Assembly: GCA_963743635.1 (NCBI GenBank)
Contig: CAVUQO010000002.1
Span: forward strand, 256,001 to 320,000
Length of the DNA: 64,000 nucleotides
Direction: 5' to 3'
From: Candidatus Babeliales bacterium
GTDB taxonomy: Bacteria > Babelota > Babeliae > Babelales > Vermiphilaceae
In this document: piece after piece, positions 15,616-26,169 of the stretch
How the letters are laid out: the number at the start of each line of letters is the position of its first letter
Numbering within the stretch: position 1 is the first letter of the stretch
Notes under the pieces: generated by a model
Database searches by the model: none
Told to the model about the DNA's origin: nothing
The model's input: only the letters and a program-made list of their open reading frames with translations
Translations under genes and position numbers: made by a program

Positions 15616-16192
15616 GGATTTGAAACTCGGGGTGTTTATCAATACTATAACAATTTCTACAGCGTGCTTGGTATGCTTCTTGCGTGCCGATCATAATAAT
15701 AGGATCTTGATATTGGGCAGGTTTGCCATTCACTAACCGTTGAGTATAGTGCGCATCTTGGCCACATGCAGGCAGATTGCACGTAATTTGGTAATTTCAT
15801 CGGCAATAGCAAGCAAGATGGGCATGGGACCAAAAGGTTCGCCACGAAAATTAAGATCAAGCCCAGCCACAATAATGCGTTTTCCTTTATTGATGAGTTC
15901 GCAGATCGTATGAATGATTGTGCGCGGAAAAAATTGGATTTCATCAATGCCCATTACTTCAATATGATGCCATGCAAGTTCAAAAATGATCTGTTCATTA
16001 TCTACCGCATGAGCATCAATTTTACTGCCATCGTGGGAATAAACGTATTCGACTAGCGGTTCGACTATCGAACTGTGTTTAAAGGCAACAACTTGTTTTT
16101 GCAATTTTTGCACGCCGCAATCTGCGAATGAGTTCTTCTGATTTGCCAGAAAACATGGGGCCGCAAATAACCTCTAAACGTCCATGATCCAT
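15608..16192 (-). CDS. tdk: Thymidine kinase paralogue 1, cytoplasmic type (frameshifted)
   Basis: [51 protein letters not shown]. Confidence 0.88.
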
Positions 16193-16289
16193 TGAATATA
16201 CTCCTGGTATGACCTTACTATGAGATGACGATATAATCTAGTATACTGTGGGGGGTTAAAAAGTGAAAATGATCATTGGAGATTGCACT

Positions 16290-16757
<468 letters not shown>

Positions 16758-16914
16758 CGGGGAGGCAGTAAAAATCCTATAATGGGCAAAAGGGCGTGAT
16801 ATTGGGATGATTTAGAGGCCGCAGAGAAGAATGGTCTGCTCAAGAGGTCTATTTGGAAGGGAAATTAGTTAAAACAGCCGTTTTGGCTGTTTTAAGGGCC
16901 CCTTTAGTTTCTAC

Positions 16915-16943
16915 TTGAAATAATATTAAAGTTCTGTTATAAT
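16915..16943 (+). promoter_or_regulatory. Strong sigma70 promoter of the RBR gene
   Basis: TTGAAA-17 nt-TATAAT with extended -10 TG; palindrome 16869-16895 upstream. Confidence 0.75.
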
Positions 16944-17005
16944 GGTATCTAGGAAGAGAAAAAAGTGATTTTTACTCTTATTATTAACCAAAAAAGGGAG
17001 ATATC

Positions 17006-18301
17006 ATGAAATTTATAACACAATTAGTATTAGTATCAATGGTCCTTACTGGCCAATCGATATCCGCTATGAGCGCAAAAGCACTGGCGGCTTATAGAGA
17101 GCGTGAAATGGCAGGAAGAACAGAGCAAGCCTCTGCAGCTTCAAGCAGCTCATCATCGTCCTCATCAGCGAGCAGTCAATCATCAGAAGGGGAAGCGCGT
17201 AGACCTAAAGGAAAACGAGCTTTAACGCGTCAAGAATTGACACAGATGGAACAACAAGAAAAAGCAGCCATAGAGGCACTAAAATTGGCAGAAAAAGCAG
17301 CGTATGAAGCAGAGGATAAAGCAAGAGAAGAAGCAAAAAAACTCGAAGCATTAGCTGCAGAATTGGCACAAGAAGAGTGGAATTTGGAAAGGCAAGCTGC
17401 AGAGAAACTTGCAAAGCAAGATGAAGAATTAGCGAAACAATTGCAAAAACAAGCAAGTATTGAAGCAAAAGAAGAAGAATTGAATACTCTTAAACAGCAG
17501 CAGCAGATTGCAGAAAAAGATGCGCTGTTAGCGAAGCAATTGGCAGAGCAGGTAGAGGCAGAAGCGCAAGAGCTTAAGCAGCGAATTGCCGAAGATGAAG
17601 AACTAGCGAGAAAATTAGCTGAAGAAAGTGGCCCTTCTGGTCAGTCGAGTGCGAGTAGTTCTTCACAAGCGGCCGAGCTCCAGCAGTGCGGCATTTGTAT
17701 GGAAGACGTTGAGCCGCAGAATATGGTAAATCTTGCATGTCAGCATGCCTATTGCCGTGGATGTTTGACTCAGCTTGTTGAAACCGGTCTTAAGGAAAAA
17801 AATATTGAAGGTATTAAGTGCCCAACGTCTGAATGTAATGCTCCAATGACCCGGGCAGATATTTTTGATATTACGCAAAATCCTGCAAAAGTTGAGGAAT
17901 ATAATGCTATCGCTACCGAGACAGCCCTACCTAAGCTGCAAGGTATCAGGCAGTGTCCTACGGCGAACTGTCCATACCAATTTTTAAATGAAGCAGATGA
18001 GACTCAGGAAACGCGGTGTCCTATGTGCACAAAGCGCTATTGCGCAAACTGCTTAAAAGAGCACAGTGCTCGCATGTCGTGCGAACAAGCGGCAGCTGAC
18101 GCGGCAATGACCTCAGATGATCGGGAGCGGGCAACGGAAGAATGGAAAAAAACACACACAAAGCCATGTCCGAAATGTAACGTTTCAATTGAGAAAGATG
18201 CAGGATGTAATCATATGAGATGCATAACTCCTAGCTGCAGCCACCAGTTTTGTTGGGTGTGTAAACAGCCATGGAACGCAGACCATTACCGCTGTCAGTG
18301 A
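17006..18301 (+). CDS. Secreted RBR (RING1-IBR-RING2) E3 ubiquitin ligase-like protein with coiled coil and MIU-like motifs
   Basis: Signal peptide; RING1 CGIC..CQHAYCRGC..CPTSEC; IBR CPTANC..CPMC..CANC..H..C; RING2 CPKC..KDAGCNHMRC..CSHQFCWVC. Confidence 0.9.
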   Translation: MKFITQLVLVSMVLTGQSISAMSAKALAAYREREMAGRTEQASAASSSSSSSSSASSQSSEGEARRPKGKRALTRQELTQMEQQEKAAIEALKLAEKAAYEAEDKAREEAKKLEALAAELAQEEWNLERQAAEKLAKQDEELAKQLQKQASIEAKEEELNTLKQQQQIAEKDALLAKQLAEQVEAEAQELKQRIAEDEELARKLAEESGPSGQSSASSSSQAAELQQCGICMEDVEPQNMVNLACQHAYCRGCLTQLVETGLKEKNIEGIKCPTSECNAPMTRADIFDITQNPAKVEEYNAIATETALPKLQGIRQCPTANCPYQFLNEADETQETRCPMCTKRYCANCLKEHSARMSCEQAAADAAMTSDDRERATEEWKKTHTKPCPKCNVSIEKDAGCNHMRCITPSCSHQFCWVCKQPWNADHYRCQ

Positions 18302-18328
18302 CCGTTATAATTATAGGTATAAATCTGT

Positions 18329-18361
18329 GCCCCCTTGTTTCTGACTAGAAAATAAGGGGGC
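18329..18361 (+). terminator. Hairpin/terminator after the RBR gene
   Basis: GCCCCCTTGTTTCT-loop-AGAAAATAAGGGGGC. Confidence 0.65.
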
Positions 18362-18482
18362 TACTATTTCTAGATGGGCAGCAAAAATCCTAAAAAAGTG
18401 TATACTGATAAGGATTTTGATAAATACCTATGCCTGGCCTGATACCTAAAAAGCCATGGCTTTCAGTGATGTGGAATGATTT

Positions 18483-19228
18483 ATGAAAAAAATAATACAA
18501 AAACCAGCATTGGTGACCTTAAATACTTATCTTGCTCATGCGGGCGTTTGTTCTCGTCGAAAAGCGGCTGAATTGGTTGAATCGGGCGTCGTGCGCGTCA
18601 ACCAGCAGGTTGTGGCTGATCCCGGCTATCGGGTAAAACCAGATGATATCGTGGAAGTCTCGGGAAGAAACATTACTCCTGAAGATCACGTCTATGTTTT
18701 GCTTAATAAGCCAAAAGATTATGTAACGACCGTTTCAGATGAGCGTGGCCGTAAAACAGTCATGGACTTAGTTCGCGGTGCTGGGCACGTTCGGCTGTAT
18801 CCCATTGGGCGCCTTGATCGGATTACAACCGGATTATTGCTCATGACCAATGATGGTGCATTTGCAGAAAAATTGGCCCATCCTCGCTATGAAGTAGAAA
18901 AAGTATACACGGTGACGCTTGATAAGAGCGTGAGCTCTGGTGATATACAGACGATTATGCGTGGAATTCAGCTTGAAGATGGATTGATTAAGGTGGATGA
19001 TATAGCGTATACGGGGACCACCAAAAGAGAGGTTACCTTAGCGCTTCACAGCGGAAAATATCGGGTTGTGCGTAGAATATTTGAACAACTTGGGTATGAT
19101 GTGCGTAAGCTTGACCGTATAGAATATGCAGGGTTAACCAAAAAAGAGTACCGGTTGGTATGTGGCGTTACCTGACGGATGGCGAAGTTGCCGCACTAAA
19201 AAGAATGAAAAATGAGGAAAAGGAATAA
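18483..19228 (+). CDS. rRNA pseudouridine synthase, RsuA/RluB family (3' frameshift)
   Basis: S4 domain (GVCSRRKA), LNKPKDYV, IGRLDRITTGLLLMTNDG; C-terminus continues in another frame (WRYLTDGEV). Confidence 0.9.
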
Positions 19229-19230
19229 TC

Positions 19231-20017
19231 ATGGATTATGGAACGATTGTTCGTATTGGTATTTTGGTCGCAATGGGCGTAGTTGGCATTTCTGCCATGA
19301 AACGCGTCTTAACCAGAGCTCTCGAGCGATGGTACAATGATCCAGTTCGCATACCGATTATGGTACGATTGTTGACCTATTTAGCGGTATTTATTGTCGG
19401 TGCCTCAATTATGCAAGAATTGGGCATTAATATTACTGCATTGTTGGGTGCTGCAGGGATCTTGGGTGTGGCCATTGGTTTTGCCGCACAAGCGAGCGTC
19501 AGTAATATCATCAGTGGTATATTTATCCTGATCGAACGTCCGTTCTCAATAGATGATGAAATTCAAATTGATGAGTTCAGTGGAAAAGTGGTAGACATCA
19601 ATCTATTTTCTATCGGATTGCTGACTCCCGATCATCGTTCTATTCGTATTCCGCACGAAAAATTATTGAAAAACGTTATCATCAATAAAACTCATCGCGC
19701 AAAGCGCCGTTACGAAGTCACTATTGCATTAGCATCGTATGAAGATCTTGATCGTGCACGTGCAGTGTTTGTGGATGCTATGCGTAATGAATCGTATTGC
19801 CTAATCTCACCTGAGCCAATTGTGTGGGTGGATACAATCAATGGCGATGTAACGCAATTGATCGTTGGTGTTTGGGTTGATAGCAGCAAATTGGTTGAAG
19901 CAAAACACCGTCTTGTTGGCGCGTTATATCCCGCGTGTAAAAAAGAAAATATACATCTCATCAACCATCTACGATGTCGATACAAGTCACGCAGAAGTAA
20001 TTTCAACAATGATGTGA
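19231..20017 (+). CDS. mscS: Small-conductance mechanosensitive channel (end approximate)
   Basis: LLGAAGILGVAIGFAAQASVSNIISG, ERPFSIDDEI. Confidence 0.85.
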
Positions 20018-20100
20018 GTTTTTGTAGGCAACGTCTGGATCTTATGATACGCTCCTTGCATAAATTATGTAAAAATTATCTATGCGTAGCAGGTATTCGT

Positions 20101-21433
20101 ATGTCAAATGCTCATCTCGTCATTGAACAATCGTGGGGTCTTTCAGGAGAATTGGAATTGGTTGGCGCAAAAAATGCGGTGCTGGTCATTATGGCAGCAT
20201 TAATTTTGACGCGCGGCAAGTCAGTTCTAAAAAATGTTCCGGCATCATCTGATGTCGATCAAATGATTTTAGTGCTCGAAGAATTGGGCGCTCAGGTTAC
20301 GTTCTGTCGCAAAGAACATCGTCTTGAAGTTGATACAACGTTCCATCTCAAAATACAGCGTCAGTCCTGAAATCATGCGCAAGATGCGGGCATCCATTTT
20401 AGTAATGGGGCCGTTACTTGCACGCTTTGGTAAAGCAGATATTGCATTGCCGGGCGGTTGCGTCATTGGCGCGCGTCCCGTTGATTATCACATCAAAAAT
20501 TTTGAACAAATGGGCGTCATGGTTGAAATGCATGGTGACTACTTAAAAGCAGTAGCGCCAGTTTTGCAGGCAACCACGTTAGTGCTCGATTATCCAAGCG
20601 TTGGTGCAACTGAAAATATTATGATGGCTGCAGCGCTGACGCCGGGCGTAACGCGCATTATTAATGCCGCATTAGAGCCGGAAGTGTTGGATTGCATTGA
20701 AGTGCTGCGTAAAATGGGTGCAGATATTGCGATTTTACCGCCAGCAACGCTTGAAATTAGAGGCGTGAGCTCGCTAAAACCCATTGAGCATGCGATTGTC
20801 TATGATCGTTTAGAAGCGGGCGCATTATTGCTAGCTGCGGCGATTACGGGCGGAAATATTTCATTGCCACAAGCGCCAGCATACACGATGGATATTGTGA
20901 TTAAGAAATTACGAGATATGGGGCATATTCTGAACGTGGGTGCAGATGGGGTCGGAATTACCTTACACGCAACGCAAACGCCGCGCGCCGTATCATTCAA
21001 GACTGGTCCATATCCGAGCTTTCCGACCGATTTACAAGCGCCTATGATGGCAGCGCAATGTATTGCCAATGGCACGAGTATGGTCGAAGAGACGGTTTTT
21101 GAAAATCGTTTGGTGCATGTGCGTGAATTGCAAAAAATGGGTGCGCAGATTACCGTTGAGCACAATAAAGCAACGGTAATGGGTGTTGAGGAATTGTATG
21201 GAACGCAGATCATTGCAACCGATATTCGCTCTTCATGCGCATTAGTTCTTGCGGGATTAGTGGCAAAAGGAGCAACGCATATGACCGGCATTCATCATTG
21301 GCAACGAGGTTATGAAATGCTTGAGCGTAAACTTGCTCATTTGGGTGCGCGTATTGCGCTTAAAGAATTCGAGCCAGCTCGCGTTGAGTTTGACGAAACT
21401 CTTGATAAGAAATGGCACGAAGTACAATCGTAG
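20101..21433 (+). CDS. murA: UDP-N-acetylglucosamine 1-carboxyvinyltransferase (one frameshift near 20345)
   Basis: GAKNAVL, MRASILVMGPLLARFG, LPGGCVIGARP, SVGATEN, FPTDLQA. Confidence 0.95.
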
Positions 21434-21560
21434 TTCGATGCGCTTCGCTACTCACCATGAACGGATTATTCTGAGTTTGACGAAGGAGCCATCACGACTG
21501 CGGCTATGTCAGACGTAGCTCCAGAAAGAAAGGAGCGAAGAGTGAATAAACGAAGTCGGA
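21433..21560. repeat. Cluster of palindromic REP-like elements between murA and atpG
   Basis: GTTCGATGCGCTTCGCTACTCACCATGAACGG and GTCAGACGTAGCTCC..GGAGCGAAGAGTGA, with relatives at 24271, 36554, 40098 and 63774. Confidence 0.65.
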
Positions 21561-21564
21561 AGGG

Positions 21565-22413
21565 TTAGAACCCACCCGTGAGTTCGGTAAGTTCTTTGGT
21601 AATTTTTGCCTGACGCACTTTATTGTAGTGCAATTTATTCACTTCAAGTAAATTCTCAGCGCTGCGTGTTGAATTATCCATGGATAAAAAGCGCGCAGCT
21701 TGTTCTGCAAGTAATGAATGAAAGAGGAGCATATGTACCGTTGCTTGTAAGCATTGGCGCGTAATGTCATCAAGTAGTTCGCTCGGAGATTCTTCCCATC
21801 GATATTCAATTCTTTCCAGCGTGCTGTGATCTCGGGTGCCCGGATCGAATGGAATGAGGCGCGTTATGTGCGGTTGTTGTACGAAAAAACTTCTAAATTT
21901 ATTACTGACGACGGTCACGTGCGTATAGGGTACTGGCATAGAGATCAGGTCTTGCACGATCGCTTCTGCAGTCAGTGCAATGGTGCTCATGGTCAGCGGA
22001 GAATAGATTTTAATGATTTTGCCAAAAGGCATGTCCTGTGTGTAATCAACCGTTTTTTTACCGACTATCATGACATCAGGCGTTTTGGTATAAGTACGAA
22101 GAGTGGCGCGCAGGAATTGAAAGAGCATAGTATTAAAGCTACCGCAAAGACCTTTTTCTGATCCCATGATGATGATAAGAGGTCGAGACTCCAGGTCTGC
22201 TTTTGGATTGAAATAGGGATGGTGCCAAACAGGAACTTCTTTTTTAATCATATGAAAGAGGGTATTGAGCGTTGTGGTGTACTGAGAAAGTGCAACTTCT
22301 TTATTTTTAAGGCGTGCATGGGTCGAGATAGAGATAAGTCGCATCGCGTGAGTAATTTTCTTAATTGTCTCGATCGCTTTTATTCGCTGTTTGAGCTGAG
22401 TCAATTGAGCCAT
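21565..22413 (-). CDS. atpG: ATP synthase F1 gamma subunit
   Basis: KITHAMRLIS, EKGLCGSFN, EQAARFLSMDNST, YNKVRQAKITKEL. Confidence 0.95.
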   Translation of the reverse strand: MAQLTQLKQRIKAIETIKKITHAMRLISISTHARLKNKEVALSQYTTTLNTLFHMIKKEVPVWHHPYFNPKADLESRPLIIIMGSEKGLCGSFNTMLFQFLRATLRTYTKTPDVMIVGKKTVDYTQDMPFGKIIKIYSPLTMSTIALTAEAIVQDLISMPVPYTHVTVVSNKFRSFFVQQPHITRLIPFDPGTRDHSTLERIEYRWEESPSELLDDITRQCLQATVHMLLFHSLLAEQAARFLSMDNSTRSAENLLEVNKLHYNKVRQAKITKELTELTGGF

Positions 22414-22504
22414 ATATGCGCCTTATATAAAATTATGGTAGGATACGTACCTTAATTACATATGGTATCGCTAACAAACTGTTTTTTCAATGGTGAGGGT
22501 ATGT

Positions 22505-23086
22505 ATGATTTTAATAATCGATGGTTATAATATTTTAAAGCGCCAGCATGTGGTCCGTTTTGTGGATGAGGCGGTACGCAAGCGATTCATACAAGGAGTT
22601 GCTGCATACGCGCGTCATAGTGGTAATAAAGTTCTCGTGGTGTTTGATGGTGGCCCGCAGGACGATGCTTATGAAGAATATGGGCGTGGCGTGCAGGTTG
22701 TCTATTCGGGTACGCGAGAAACGGCTGACGATTATATTAAACGCTATGTGAAAAGGCATAGTAATAAAGATCTTATGCTCGTGACCTCTGATCGCGAACT
22801 GAATAGTATTGCAGATCGTTATGCAGTTCCTTCGCTTGATGCGCATGAATTTGTGCGGGTTTTGATGTATAGTGAGCATGAGCGTTCGACGGGAAGTTCT
22901 TCAAAACATGCGCCAATTATAAAAATGAGCACTGAAGAAATACCAGAATTGGATGAATTGATGGAGCAAGCGAGTAAAGCCGTACCACAAAAAACTGATG
23001 ATCTGATGTTGAAAAATCGAAAAAGCGCCGCGCAAAAAATGTCAAAAAAAGAGCGCGAGTTGCTTAAAAAAGTAAAAAAATTATAG
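22505..23086 (+). CDS. NYN/YacP (Rae1-like) ribonuclease
   Basis: LIIDGYNIL, VVFDG, TADDYI, VTSDREL. Confidence 0.85.
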   Translation: MILIIDGYNILKRQHVVRFVDEAVRKRFIQGVAAYARHSGNKVLVVFDGGPQDDAYEEYGRGVQVVYSGTRETADDYIKRYVKRHSNKDLMLVTSDRELNSIADRYAVPSLDAHEFVRVLMYSEHERSTGSSSKHAPIIKMSTEEIPELDELMEQASKAVPQKTDDLMLKNRKSAAQKMSKKERELLKKVKKL

Positions 23087-23092
23087 GGGCTT

Positions 23093-23524
23093 ATGGCAAA
23101 CCACCAATTAATATATACACTTGATCAGCTTGATAATGCGGTTAAACTGGTCAAAGAGCGGATGAATTCATGTCAGGTTGTGACTTTTACGGGGAATTTG
23201 GGTGCGGGAAAAACGACTCTCATCCGAGCCCTCTTACGAGATTTAGGGGTTTCGCAACCCATTACAAGTCCAACCTTTACGTATATGAATCGGTATAAGA
23301 CGGCGGATGGCAAGATTATCTACCATTTTGATTTATACCGTTTAAACAGCCTGGATGAGTTTATAGAGCAGGGATTTCATGAATACCTGTACCAACCTGA
23401 AAGTTGGTGCCTGGTTGAGTGGCCGGCGATTATTATGCCTCTTTTGACCCATGATGTATGCCATATAACCCTCGATTATGAGAACGACGCTCGCTGTATG
23501 CGCTGGAAAATGAATAAGGAATAA
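23093..23524 (+). CDS. tsaE: tRNA t6A biosynthesis ATPase TsaE
   Basis: GNLGAGKTT, ITSPTF, YHFDLYRL, VEW. Confidence 0.95.
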   Translation: MANHQLIYTLDQLDNAVKLVKERMNSCQVVTFTGNLGAGKTTLIRALLRDLGVSQPITSPTFTYMNRYKTADGKIIYHFDLYRLNSLDEFIEQGFHEYLYQPESWCLVEWPAIIMPLLTHDVCHITLDYENDARCMRWKMNKE

Positions 23525-23528
23525 CAAT

Positions 23529-23738
23529 ATGCAAGATGATGGAAGTCCGTTGCTCCAAAGGCCAGATTATTTGGTTTGCACCTGTATGGGGGTCATGTAC
23601 TCGGATATCTGTGATGCCATAAAAGGTGGCGTACAGACATTTGATGAACTTTATGATACGTTAGGTGTGGGGACTGGGTGTTCAAGTTGTGTGAGCGAAG
23701 TGCATGAAATATTGGCAGAACAACTTAAAAAAAAATAA
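23529..23738 (+). CDS. BFD-like (2Fe-2S)-binding protein
   Basis: VCTCMGV...GTGCSSC pattern. Confidence 0.8.
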   Translation: MQDDGSPLLQRPDYLVCTCMGVMYSDICDAIKGGVQTFDELYDTLGVGTGCSSCVSEVHEILAEQLKKK

Positions 23739-23898
23739 TTTAAAAAACGCGATTATACACACTAGATCGACCTTTTGGTGTGTTTTGGGGTGAAAAAGAG
23801 GTGATAAACTCTTATTTTTTTGTAAAATTAAGTTGAAATCTCCTGAGAAAAACACTATCATATTCACGGTAATCGTGATTATAACAATATTTGAAATA

Positions 23899-23983
23899 GG
23901 CGAGATTCCCGAGCGGTCAAAGGGGACGGACTGTAAATCCGTTGGTTCTGCCTTCGCAGGTTCGAATCCTGCTCTCGCCACCA
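23899..23983 (+). tRNA. tRNA-Tyr(GTA)
   Basis: Long variable arm, anticodon GTA, CCA. Confidence 0.95.
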
Positions 23984-23989
23984 TAGGTT

Positions 23990-24065
23990 GCGGGAATAGC
24001 TCAATTGGTAGAGTGGCAGCCTTCCAAGCTGTAGGTTGCGGGTTCGAGTCCCGTTTCCCGCTCCA
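23990..24065 (+). tRNA. tRNA-Gly(TCC)
   Basis: Cloverleaf, anticodon TCC, CCA. Confidence 0.95.
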
Positions 24066-24197
24066 TTCATTTTTCAATCCTCGTTAGCTGAGAGCTTTCT
24101 TTGCAGCGGATAAAAATGAATGGCTGGCCATTTTCGTCAAGGCTTACGAATGGTAAGTATGGGCGTAGATTGGTAGGAATCAAAAAAAATATACATT

Positions 24198-24273
24198 GCT
24201 GGCGTAGCTCAGTTGGTAGAGCAACTGATTTGTAATCAGTAGGTCGCGGGTTCAAATCCTGCCGCCAGCTCCA
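24198..24273 (+). tRNA. tRNA-Thr(TGT)
   Basis: Cloverleaf, anticodon TGT, CCA. Confidence 0.95.
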
Positions 24274-24419
24274 GTCTTCGCTCCTCATGGAGCTTCGTCT
24301 GGAAAGCCAGGCATAGGAACTGGTTTTATTGAAATAGTAAAAGGGGCAGAGCGTAGACTGTCCGATCGAAGCAAAACGCTTCGTGGAGTAAATCTTCGGA
24401 GTAATAGCGAAGACGGACT
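24271..24419. repeat. Palindromic repeat element at the tRNA-Thr 3' end
   Basis: CCAGTCTTCGCTCC..GGAGCTTCGTCTGG is the reverse complement of the element at 36556-36586; further CGTAGAC/CGAAGAC hairpins follow. Confidence 0.7.
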
Positions 24420-24542
24420 CATCCAGTTATACAGGTATGTGTTAAATCCGGGGCTTTATTGTAGTTTCAAGCAGAAAATTAAGTTGTTTTTTTCCTTTTT
24501 TTTAATTAATCTATAATAGATCACTGTAAGATACGTTGCAGT

Positions 24543-24618
24543 GCCCACGTAGCTCAGTTGGTAGAGCACTTCCTTGGTAAGGGAGAGGTCACCGGTTCAA
24601 GTCCGGTCGCGGGCTCCA
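24543..24618 (+). tRNA. tRNA-Thr(GGT)
   Basis: Cloverleaf, anticodon GGT, CCA. Confidence 0.93.
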
Positions 24619-24679
24619 TTTTCGGTGTAATACGCGATCAAAAAAAACAAAACTACTTATACATTAACGAGTGAATTTT

Positions 24680-24840
24680 ATGGCAAAAAATCGAATTGTT
24701 AGTCACCTGATGTGTGAAGAAACAAAAGAAAAAAATTATACCTTAGTTGTTTCTAAAGGAAGAACTCTAGGTTCATTCGACTTCGTAAATACTGCCCTAA
24801 ATTGCGCAAGTATACGATGCACAAAGAAGTTAAAAACTAG
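24680..24840 (+). CDS. rpmG: 50S ribosomal protein L33 (frameshifted)
   Basis: MAKNRIVSHLMCEETKEKNY then RLRKYCPKLRKYTMHKEVKN in the shifted frame; upstream of tRNA-Trp/secE. Confidence 0.85.
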
Positions 24841-24847
24841 AAAAAAA

Positions 24848-24924
24848 AGGCCAGTAGCTCTAATTGGTAGAGCGGCAGACTCCAAATCTGAGGGTTGGGG
24901 GTTCAAATCCCTCCTGGCCTGCCA
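24848..24924 (+). tRNA. tRNA-Trp(CCA)
   Basis: Cloverleaf, anticodon CCA. Confidence 0.93.
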
Positions 24925-24971
24925 GGCCAAGAGTGAACATTGTCTCATACCTATAACTAGTTGGAACATGA

Positions 24972-25169
24972 ATGAAAGATGTTATTCAGTTTTTGAATGA
25001 AGTGAGATTAGAACTCAATAAGGTCGTATGGCCTAAAATTGATGAGTGGGTTGGATCAACCATAATCGTATTGATACTTGTGGTTGTCTTTGCACTTTAT
25101 TTGTGGGCGATCGATACAGGATTCTCTCGACTGGTGGAATACGTTATCAAAACGTATGGTCTTTCATAA
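24972..25169 (+). CDS. secE: Preprotein translocase SecE
   Basis: FLNEVRLELNKVVWP plus one TM helix; synteny. Confidence 0.93.
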   Translation: MKDVIQFLNEVRLELNKVVWPKIDEWVGSTIIVLILVVVFALYLWAIDTGFSRLVEYVIKTYGLS

Positions 25170-25192
25170 GGTTCAAAGTAGGGTAATTTTAC

Positions 25193-25715
25193 ATGAAACG
25201 TTGGTATGTTGTTCAGGTGTATGCAGGTCATGAAGAGACGGTCAAGAATGATCTAGAGCGTCGTATTCATGAAGAAAATGCTCAAGAATTATTTGGGCAG
25301 GTGCTTGTGCCAACAGCTCGTATGCAGGGAATGGTGAATATTGGCCAAGAACAGCAAGATGAACAGCTCTTTCCTGGGTATGTCTTAGTGGAAATGGAGC
25401 TTGCTCCACAGTCAATGCGTTTAGTACTCTCTAGTTCTCGAGCAGTTAAATTCTTGGGGGGCAAGGATCCTGCGCCGCTCAGTAAAAAAGAAGCGGATAG
25501 AGTTCTTGTCTCAGATACGTGGTGATGTAGTAGTGGCTTCGAAAAAGAGTGACTTTGTCGAAGGTAGAGAAATTGATATTGTTGACGGACCGTTTGCAGG
25601 ATTTGTTGGTATCATTGAAAAGATAGATGAAGAAGATGAAAAACTTACCGTTATGGTTAGTATTTTCGGTAGGATGACTCCTGTCGAATTGAGTTTTAAT
25701 CAGGTAAAGCGATAA
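25193..25715 (+). CDS. nusG: Transcription factor NusG (one frameshift near 25505)
   Basis: RWYVVQVYAGHE, LFPGYVLVEM, KOW DGPFAGF, VSIFGRMTPVEL. Confidence 0.95.
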
Positions 25716-25736
25716 TTGTAAAGTAGGTAAGATATT

Positions 25737-26159
25737 ATGGCAAAAGCAGTAAAGGCAAACATTAAGCTGCAAATTCCAGGTGGTTCTGCAACTCCAGCTC
25801 CCCCAGTGGCTTCAACACTCGGGCCGCATGGCGTGAACATGATGGAATTTTGTAAGCAATTTAATGCGCAAACAGCAACTCGAAAGGGCGAAACAGTTCC
25901 GGTAATTATTACTATATACACTGATCGTACCTTCTCATTCATTCTCAAAACACCACCTACAACTGAGCTCATCAAGAAAAGAGCTAATATTTCAAAAGGC
26001 TCAGCAAGACCGAATACTGATAAAGTTGGTACCATCTCATGGGCGGATGTTGAAGAAATTGTGAAAATTAAGTTTTCTGATTTGAATGCATTCGACATGG
26101 AGCAAGCTAAAAAAATTATAGCTGGTAGTGCTCGTAGCATGGGTATAAAGGTCGAATAG
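25737..26159 (+). CDS. rplK: 50S ribosomal protein L11
   Basis: ATPAPPV, MEFCKQFNA, GSARSMGI. Confidence 0.97.
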   Translation: MAKAVKANIKLQIPGGSATPAPPVASTLGPHGVNMMEFCKQFNAQTATRKGETVPVIITIYTDRTFSFILKTPPTTELIKKRANISKGSARPNTDKVGTISWADVEEIVKIKFSDLNAFDMEQAKKIIAGSARSMGIKVE

Positions 26160-26169
26160 GGGCAATATC

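Noticed and set aside
19231..20370. Apparent MscS-MurA N-terminal fusion ORF
   Set aside because: Best explained by an indel near the mscS end that reads through into the murA frame; murA has its own ATG at 20101 and another indel near 20345.
23682..25000. ORFs overlapping the tRNA cluster
   Set aside because: Translations of tRNA genes; only rpmG is real.
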